Shown here: one piece after another, positions 25,798 through 32,000 of the stretch
Layout: each line of letters begins with the position of its first letter
How positions within the stretch are numbered: position 1 is the first letter of the stretch
The notes under the pieces: model-generated
Databases searched by the model: none
The model's input: only the letters and a program-made list of their open reading frames with translations
Told to the model about the DNA's origin: nothing
Translations under genes and position numbers: made by a program
From: an uncultured Lentisphaeria bacterium
GTDB taxonomy: Bacteria; Fidelibacterota; UBA8477; JABMPR01
DNA: 32,000 bases
Assembly (NCBI GenBank): GCA_964578155.1
Contig: CAZOBQ010000004.1
Location: forward strand, 10,224 to 42,223
Reading direction: 5' to 3'

Positions 25798-27765
25798 TTA
25801 CCTTAACAGTACGAGTTTTTTGATGGCTGTATTCGACCCGGCCTCTAATTTATAGAAATACACACCAGCTTCTGCAGCTTTTCCTGTATGATCAAAACTA
25901 TTCCAGTTGGTTCTATATTGTCCACTTGACTGCCATGAGTTCATAAGCTCGATCACTTCTCGACCTACAACATCAAAAACTCTTAATCGAACATTCCCGT
26001 CTTCACCGAGACTATACGGGATAGTCGTTGAAGGGTTAAAGGGATTTGGATAGTTTTGATCCAGCTTGAAAGTGTGTGGTGTCATTGATTCATCATTCTC
26101 CACACCTACTGTATAGCTAGCAGTATTTAACACCCAATCGTCGCGATCCAGAACCAGAGAACTTACAAGCTCTCCATCAGCAAGTTCATGAGTAAAGGAC
26201 ATTGTTTGTTGGTCAATTCTTACTACTGTGTCAATTATCGTAGTATTGCTTGAGATTCTCAGATCAACAGGCATGTCAAAAACAGTCCCGAACTGATTGA
26301 TCTCAACGCTGAGCTCATTATTTGCCTGACTCCAGATAACCTGATATTTTGGATAAAGTGATCCATAGATCCACTGCTGGAAAAATGAGTCTAGATCTAT
26401 TCCACTAACGTCTTCACAGACCATTTGGAACTGTGCTGTCGTGGCTGTCTTATGCTTAAACCTTAGGTCTGCTGCATAGGTCTGTAAGATCTCAAAGAAG
26501 GTCTCATCCCCTACAACACCGCGGAGCATATGTAAAACCCAGGCGGCTTTCGCATAGGAAAGGCTCCAGGTAAAGATACTTTGAGTTTCAGGGTCTTCCA
26601 CATAGATGGTACCTGTCCCATAATACTCGAAGCTTGCCATCTTCTCTTTATATCCCGAGATGCCGTATCGGTGTTCCCACCACAGTGCTTCCGCATAAGT
26701 TGCAAACCCCTCATTCAGCCAGATGTCATGATAACTATTACAAGTGATCATATCTCCAAACCACATATGGGCCAATTCATGAGCCACACGCCTTTCGGTG
26801 GGATCTCCCATAGAGGTCAGGGTCTGATGCTCCATCCCATAGTTTTCACCCCATTCAGCATGGCCATACTTTTCATCCATAAACGGATAAGGACCAAACT
26901 GTCCTGCGTAAAGCGTCATCATTTCCGGCAGCAATCGATAATTTTGGGTCATATACCAGGGAGAAGGATTCTCTGGCGGGGTATAAGTATAAAACAGAAT
27001 GGGGAGTGAATTATTGTTTTCATCCACATAAACATCATTCCACTCATAGAAATCATAAATAGACAGAGAGACAAGATAGGTGGCAATGGGATAACCCACA
27101 TGCCAATGCCAGGTCTTATATCCATCATCAATATCCACAGTTGAATCCAGGCGACCATTTGATGCCACAATCAGATGATCATTAATCCTGACCACCATAT
27201 CAAGGGAGTCTGCTTTATCTCTGGGATAATCCACTGAAGGCCACCAGTCTCTGGCATCATAGGGTTGTGAGTTTGTGTAGACACCCTCGCGAGCCTTGTC
27301 CCAGTTAAAACCCTGGTTGTCAGTACGCTTTTCATCGGCAATGGAGCCTGTATGCGAATAGATTAGAACCGTCATCATTTCACCGAGTTCCAGGCTGTCA
27401 ATAATAGGGATAGAGATTAGATCGTTATTATGGGAAAATGCTACCGTATCACCGTTTAGGACAACTTCTCGCACAGTGATATTGTCAACCCCAAGGTTAT
27501 AAGTAGAATAGTCTAATTCGATAGTTTGTAAGCTGGTGTCCAGCACAGAAAGATCGATCTGAAATTCACAACGCATGGAACGGACAAAAATATTCATATC
27601 AAAGTAAAGCTTGTAGTAATGGATGTCTATTTTCTGTTGTTCTGCAGAGGAAACAGCCACTTTTGAAAGCGAGTTCCCTGAATGAGCATGACCACAAGGT
27701 TTCTCTTCATCTATGATGGCTTGCAGGCTTACAGCCAAGATGAGTAGCATTAACATTTTTTTCAT
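25798..27765 (-). CDS. M1-family zinc aminopeptidase with C-terminal T9SS (Por) sorting domain
   Basis: 655 aa with a signal peptide, HELAHMWFGD (HEXXH) plus WLNEGFATY. The C-terminal LDQNYPNPFNPSTTIPYSL...GVYFYKLEAG...KKLVLLR is typical of type-A T9SS CTDs. Confidence 0.88.
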   Translation of the reverse strand: MKKMLMLLILAVSLQAIIDEEKPCGHAHSGNSLSKVAVSSAEQQKIDIHYYKLYFDMNIFVRSMRCEFQIDLSVLDTSLQTIELDYSTYNLGVDNITVREVVLNGDTVAFSHNNDLISIPIIDSLELGEMMTVLIYSHTGSIADEKRTDNQGFNWDKAREGVYTNSQPYDARDWWPSVDYPRDKADSLDMVVRINDHLIVASNGRLDSTVDIDDGYKTWHWHVGYPIATYLVSLSIYDFYEWNDVYVDENNNSLPILFYTYTPPENPSPWYMTQNYRLLPEMMTLYAGQFGPYPFMDEKYGHAEWGENYGMEHQTLTSMGDPTERRVAHELAHMWFGDMITCNSYHDIWLNEGFATYAEALWWEHRYGISGYKEKMASFEYYGTGTIYVEDPETQSIFTWSLSYAKAAWVLHMLRGVVGDETFFEILQTYAADLRFKHKTATTAQFQMVCEDVSGIDLDSFFQQWIYGSLYPKYQVIWSQANNELSVEINQFGTVFDMPVDLRISSNTTIIDTVVRIDQQTMSFTHELADGELVSSLVLDRDDWVLNTASYTVGVENDESMTPHTFKLDQNYPNPFNPSTTIPYSLGEDGNVRLRVFDVVGREVIELMNSWQSSGQYRTNWNSFDHTGKAAEAGVYFYKLEAGSNTAIKKLVLLR

Positions 27766-28478
27766 GAGCTAATATCCCCTTTTAAGTATGCTTGTCTCTC
27801 CACTTCAGGAAATTTTTCAATGGCGTACCTTAACATGGTACGAGGCATTTGCATATAATGTTTTCTCAGAAATTCCACTTCTGTGGGTTTGGATTTCTTA
27901 CCCACCTCACGCAGCATCCAACCCACAGCTTTGTGGATCAAGTCTTCGGAGTCGTTTAACAAGACCGCGGAGACCTCCAGCGTATCCTGAAATTCATATT
28001 GACGGATGAAATAAAAGGTCGCAATAATGGCAATACGCCGCTCCCATAGATCCTGTGATTTTGCCAGATGAATCAAATGTGAACGATCTTTATCATGGAG
28101 ATAGTGTCCAACGATCTGCAGAGCCGAGCTATCTACCAGATCCCAATTATTGATGTATTTTACATGATCGAGATAATCAGTGTAGAGTTGCTTTTTACCT
28201 TTTTCATTCGCTTGATTATAGAGGTTCACCATGAGGAACAGGGCAGTGAGCCGAGCTTCGTGATACTTTGAATGAAGTAAGTTGATGCCATCCTCACGGG
28301 ACGCATGTTTATACTTTTTTGCGAGAGCTCTTAGCTTGGGGACACGTATGCCTAGAAAAATGTCACCCTCGCCATACTCACCAGGTCCCGTTTTAAAAAA
28401 TCCCTGAGAATGTCGAGCTCGAACAGGATCACCCATGTCAATGAGTTCGTTTCTGATCTCATCAAGCAGTTTACTCAT
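27762..28478 (-). CDS. DNA alkylation repair protein (AlkD-like HEAT-repeat family)
   Basis: 238 aa with a pattern typical of the family: FFKTGPGEYGEGDIFLGIRVP, NNWDLVDSSA, WERRIAI, GWMLRE. Its stop overlaps the downstream ATG (ATGA). Confidence 0.8.
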   Translation of the reverse strand: MSKLLDEIRNELIDMGDPVRARHSQGFFKTGPGEYGEGDIFLGIRVPKLRALAKKYKHASREDGINLLHSKYHEARLTALFLMVNLYNQANEKGKKQLYTDYLDHVKYINNWDLVDSSALQIVGHYLHDKDRSHLIHLAKSQDLWERRIAIIATFYFIRQYEFQDTLEVSAVLLNDSEDLIHKAVGWMLREVGKKSKPTEVEFLRKHYMQMPRTMLRYAIEKFPEVERQAYLKGDISS

Positions 28479-28512
28479 TTAAGTGACCATGGTTTACGAG
28501 AATTAGAATATT

Positions 28513-29190
28513 TCACAACAATGCCCATCCCATCCGCTTTCCGAATCTGGCAAGTCTTGAAGAAGGGTTCACCATGAAGGCATGTTCCACTTTTTCCATA
28601 ATTGGAATATCCAGATGTGAATTCCCATAAGCGTATGAATGAGCCAGATCTATACCTTCAGCATTCGCCAATTTAGCAGACAGGGTGACTTTGTTATTTC
28701 CCACACAAACAGGTCCATCAGAACGTCCTGTTAATAGACCATCGGCGCCCATTTCAAGATGAGTACACAATAAATGATCCAAACCTAGATCCTTCATAAC
28801 AGGTTCCAAATAGTAGTCGATAGAGCCCGTGACCAGAACAGTTTGATGCCCTTCCTGTTGATGCCATTTTAGCCTTTCCAATACGCTTGGGGAAAGATTG
28901 GGCTTTAAATATTCCAGGTAAAAAGCGTCAGCCGAATCAATAAATGGTTGAAGTGTTCTTCCCTTGTAGAAACGAAGCATTGCTCTAGCTAACACCTCTT
29001 CATCAATAAGACCAATTTTTAATAGCAGCATCACGATGATCATTTTCAACATGAAAAAGTTAGAGATATAACCTTCTTTTTTTAAAAGCTTGAACCCGAC
29101 ACCAGCACTATCGATAGCAAGTAGGGTTTCGTCAAAATCGAAAAAGGCTGCGATGTTGCTCTTTGTGTTCTGCTTTGGCATATCTATCAA
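28513..29190 (-). CDS. HAD-IB family hydrolase (SerB-like phosphatase superfamily)
   Basis: 225 aa with the DxDxT motif (FFDFDETLL), motif II/III candidates (VTGS, GNSHLD) and an inserted helical cap. Confidence 0.8.
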   Translation of the reverse strand: MIDMPKQNTKSNIAAFFDFDETLLAIDSAGVGFKLLKKEGYISNFFMLKMIIVMLLLKIGLIDEEVLARAMLRFYKGRTLQPFIDSADAFYLEYLKPNLSPSVLERLKWHQQEGHQTVLVTGSIDYYLEPVMKDLGLDHLLCTHLEMGADGLLTGRSDGPVCVGNNKVTLSAKLANAEGIDLAHSYAYGNSHLDIPIMEKVEHAFMVNPSSRLARFGKRMGWALL

Positions 29191-29272
29191 TAAGCTATCA
29201 TGTTCTACACGATCAAAAAGTGGTTTTTAAGATATAATTAAAACTCAAACCCGTCGTTCTTATGTATGATGT

Positions 29273-29295
29273 TTGTTTGTAACTTATACAAACAA
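29273..29295. promoter_or_regulatory. Perfect 9-bp inverted repeat TTGTTTGTA-N5-TACAAACAA upstream of pta
   Basis: The palindrome is read directly from the sequence, about 62 bp upstream of the pta ATG, in an AT-rich divergent intergenic region. Confidence 0.4.
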
Positions 29296-29357
29296 TGCTT
29301 GATTTGCTTGTCTAGACATGTTATCCTCTACATTAATAAAAATTAAAGGTTATACTC

Positions 29358-30344
29358 ATGGATATCGTCCAAAATTTTATCAAAATGGCACAGTCTAAGC
29401 CAGCCCGTATAGTTTATCCAGAAGCACAAGACCCTCGTATCCTAGAAGCGGTTACACAGGTTCGTGACAAAGGGATTGCCCGTCCTGTCCTTATCGGGAA
29501 TAAAACTGAGGTCGCGAGTCACGCAGAACAATTAGGTCTTTCTCTTGAGGGCATCGAGATCATTGATAGCAAAACAGATATACGCCTGGAATCTTACGCA
29601 AGCGCCTATGCTCAAAAACGAAATATGAGAGAGGCAATTGCAAAAAAACTTGTCCGAAAGCCCCTCTCCTTCGGCGGTATGATGGTGAGCCAGGGTGAAG
29701 CTGACGGCATGGTTGCCGGTGTGGCAACAGCCACAAGCATCGTTATTCAGACCGCAACCTTAACTGTGGGTTTTCAAGAAGGATTATCAACACCAAGCAG
29801 CTTCTTTCTTATGATCCTGCCGGAGTTTCAAGAAGAAAAGGATAAAATATTTATCTTCGCAGATGCGGCTGTAATTATCCAGCCCAATGCTCAACAACTG
29901 GCGGAAATCGCGGTTGCCTCCGGGACGAACGCCAAGTCTCTACTGGGCATCGATCCAAAGATTGCTTTCCTGTCATTCTCCACCAAAGGATCTGCCACCC
30001 ACGAAGATGCTGATAAAGTCTTAGCTGCGCTGGCAATTGCCAAAGAAATCCAGCCTGCTTTTGATATGGATGGAGAAATGCAGCTGGATGCGGCCATAGT
30101 CCCCTCTGTAGCGGCAAAAAAGGATCCCGAGAGCTCCGTGGCCGGACAAGCCAACGTGTTGATCTTCCCTGATCTAGATGCCGCTAATATTGGTTATAAG
30201 CTGGTACAGCGAATGGCAAATGCCAAGGCTGTTGGCCCTATCCTGCAAGGCTTTGCTAATCCAGTTAACGACATGAGCCGCGGTGCTAGTGTAGAAGACC
30301 TCATTGCCGTCTCCGCTATAACCTCAGTTCAGGCACAGGGATAA
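29358..30344 (+). CDS. pta: Phosphate acetyltransferase (short form)
   Basis: 328 aa, collinear with short Gram-positive-type Pta (FPE..DPRILEA, SFSTKGSA, NIGYKLVQR, GPILQG..PVNDMSRG). Confidence 0.92.
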   Translation: MDIVQNFIKMAQSKPARIVYPEAQDPRILEAVTQVRDKGIARPVLIGNKTEVASHAEQLGLSLEGIEIIDSKTDIRLESYASAYAQKRNMREAIAKKLVRKPLSFGGMMVSQGEADGMVAGVATATSIVIQTATLTVGFQEGLSTPSSFFLMILPEFQEEKDKIFIFADAAVIIQPNAQQLAEIAVASGTNAKSLLGIDPKIAFLSFSTKGSATHEDADKVLAALAIAKEIQPAFDMDGEMQLDAAIVPSVAAKKDPESSVAGQANVLIFPDLDAANIGYKLVQRMANAKAVGPILQGFANPVNDMSRGASVEDLIAVSAITSVQAQG

Positions 30345-30354
30345 ATAATTCATC

Positions 30355-31551
30355 ATGAAAACACTTGTATTCAATTGTGGTAGCTCTTCAATAAAATTTA
30401 AACTTTTCCAAATGCCGGAAGAGTTAGTCCTGGCTGAAGGTGTGGTCCAGCGGGTTGGCAGTAACGATGCCTCTGCTTCTATGAAAACCGCCCGTGGAAG
30501 CCAAAATATTAGCCAGGCTATCATTGATTATCCCAGCGGGTTTTCGCTGATCAAATCCATGCTCATTCATCCAGAAAAAGGAGCATTATCTTCCCTGGAT
30601 GAGGTTGGGGCGTGTGGACACCGCGTCGTTCACGGGGGTGAAGCTTATGGCGGCTCAATGCTTGTAGATGAGGACCTTGAAACTGGTATCGAAGCTGTTT
30701 TTGAGCTAGCTCCACTACACAACCCGCCTAACCTTACCGGAATCCGTGAGTCCAAGAAAATGTTTGGTGAAATTCCCCAAATAGCATGTTTTGATACTGC
30801 CTTTCATCACTCAATCCCTGAAACCGCTCATCGCTATGCAATCCCTGAGAACTTCTATAAGGAAATGCATATCCGGCGCTATGGTTTCCATGGTATGTCC
30901 CATCAATTTGTTGCCCGCCGCACTGCTGAAATACTGGGTAAACATAAGTACGGTGTGAATGTAATTACCTGCCACCTGGGTAACGGAAGCTCAATTAGCG
31001 CGGTCCGCGATGGCCATTCGGTAGATACCAGCATGGGACTTACTCCCCTTGAAGGCCTGGTCATGGGTAGCCGCAGTGGGGATCTGGACCCTGGCATTGT
31101 GTTCTACCTGCATCGTAAAGGCTATAGCACTGAAGATCTGGACACCATACTGAATAAAAAATCAGGCTTGCTTGGTCTATCCGGGAGCTCCAACGATGTT
31201 CGTGATCTGGAAGAAAAAGCAGGAAATGGTGACGCTAGAGCCGAAATGGCCCTCAATATTTTCGCCTATCGTATCAAAAAATACATTGGTTCCTATGTGG
31301 CTGTCCTGAACAAGGTGGATGCCATTGTATTTACTGGTGGGATTGGTGAAAACGGTTCCAAAATGCGAGCTCGGATTTTGGCTGATATGGATCAACTCGG
31401 TATCAAGCTAGATGATGAAGAAAACAGGAAACACATTGGCGTGGCTGGTGAGATTCAGAGTTCTGATTCGAAGATCAAGGTCTTTGTCATTCCCACCAAC
31501 GAAGAACTTGCTATAGCACGAGATACATATGCCATGACTAATGGAAATTAG
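30355..31551 (+). CDS. ackA: Acetate kinase
   Basis: 398 aa with NCGSSSIKF, HRVVHGG, RYGFHGMSH and FTGGIGEN motifs. It lies 10 nt downstream of pta. Confidence 0.93.
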   Translation: MKTLVFNCGSSSIKFKLFQMPEELVLAEGVVQRVGSNDASASMKTARGSQNISQAIIDYPSGFSLIKSMLIHPEKGALSSLDEVGACGHRVVHGGEAYGGSMLVDEDLETGIEAVFELAPLHNPPNLTGIRESKKMFGEIPQIACFDTAFHHSIPETAHRYAIPENFYKEMHIRRYGFHGMSHQFVARRTAEILGKHKYGVNVITCHLGNGSSISAVRDGHSVDTSMGLTPLEGLVMGSRSGDLDPGIVFYLHRKGYSTEDLDTILNKKSGLLGLSGSSNDVRDLEEKAGNGDARAEMALNIFAYRIKKYIGSYVAVLNKVDAIVFTGGIGENGSKMRARILADMDQLGIKLDDEENRKHIGVAGEIQSSDSKIKVFVIPTNEELAIARDTYAMTNGN

Positions 31552-31579
31552 CGGTAGTCCAATGATTAGAATTAACATA

Positions 31580-31679
31580 GTCTTCGCGAGTGAACCCTTC
31601 GACTCCGCTCAGGATGAACTTCGAGAACGCGGCGATCCCATACACGAGATTGCTTCGTCGCTCCCCTCCTCGCAAAGAC
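31580..31679. repeat. 100-bp structured repeat element (copy B, inverted relative to copy A) carrying an embedded CCCTTCGACTCCGCTCAGGATGA module
   Basis: Termini are GTCTTCGCGAG / CTCGCAAAGAC. Its reverse complement shares four blocks with 4118-4206. Positions 31595-31617 match the arm of the 25188-25305 palindrome. Confidence 0.75.
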
Positions 31680-31719
31680 GTTAGCTATATAATTAAATCG
31701 CAGTAAATAGGAGTTTTAT

Positions 31720-31959
31720 ATGTCAACCATAGACCGAATTAAAAGTGTGTGCACCGAACTACTAAAGGTCGAAGCAAGCCGAGTTCAAGAAAATTCTCGC
31801 TTTGTTGAAGACCTAGGTGCCGATTCCATGCAATCCATTGAACTGGTTGCCGCCTTCGAAGAAGAATTTGATATCGAAATGGATGAAGATGCCGCCCTGG
31901 GTGTAAAAACCGTAATAGATGCCGTTGTCTTTATTGATAGGGTTATAGCCGAAGGCTAG
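31720..31959 (+). CDS. Acyl carrier protein (free-standing)
   Basis: 79 aa with the LGADSMQSIELV phosphopantetheine-serine motif and acidic helix II. AGGAG Shine-Dalgarno lies upstream. Confidence 0.85.
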   Translation: MSTIDRIKSVCTELLKVEASRVQENSRFVEDLGADSMQSIELVAAFEEEFDIEMDEDAALGVKTVIDAVVFIDRVIAEG

Positions 31960-32000
31960 CGAACTGTGACTCCCGACCAACTGCTAAAAGGGCATCATAT

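Noticed and set aside
1-32000. CRISPR arrays, integrases, transposases, toxin-antitoxin pairs or known defence systems.
   Set aside because: There are no regularly spaced direct-repeat arrays and no ORFs with recombinase, transposase or defence signatures. The only nuclease-fold gene is the solitary GxxExxY protein.
31966-32000. A possible GTG-initiated gene after the ACP (VTPDQLLKGHH...).
   Set aside because: Only 11 codons fall within the window, which is too little to support a call.

Overview
This is a gene-dense bacterial chromosomal window of about 44-46% GC with 25 confident CDSs and no rRNA, tRNA, CRISPR, integrase or transposase. Positions 60-16162 hold a ygeY/ygeW/ygfK/ssnA-like/xdh-like cluster. 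This is the 'selenium-linked molybdenum hydroxylase' anaerobic purine/urate catabolism neighbourhood known from E. coli ygeW-ygeY and ygfK-ssnA-ygfM-xdhD, but with a different architecture. Two unrelated fold-type-II PLP enzymes sit where ygeX would be. An extra [2Fe-2S]+FAD subunit pair with no Mo subunit is tightly coupled to ygfK. A GxxExxY (PD-(D/E)XK) cassette is inserted between ygfK and the deaminase. A Tag DNA glycosylase is coupled to the end of the xanthine-dehydrogenase-like operon. The rest is housekeeping or accessory: a DUF4492-cydA-cydB operon followed by an untracked 30-codon membrane ORF, dinB preceded by an unclassifiable Gly/Trp-rich membrane protein, and a ClC-CBS-TrkA_C channel followed by a small beta-barrel-like protein. 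There is also a HAD / AlkD-like / T9SS-tagged M1 aminopeptidase / TrmO string, then pta-ackA and a free-standing ACP. The T9SS C-terminal domain and the DUF4492-cydAB arrangement suggest an FCB-superphylum-like host (inference only). Several intergenic regions carry a family of highly structured repeat elements (GTCTTYGCGAG terminal inverted repeats and CCCTCGACTCCGCTCGGGATGAC-type arms) plus a tRNA-T-arm-like hairpin present twice. I see no defence system or classic mobile element. The most interesting candidates are the variant purine-cluster modules, the repeat family and the small cyd-linked ORF.
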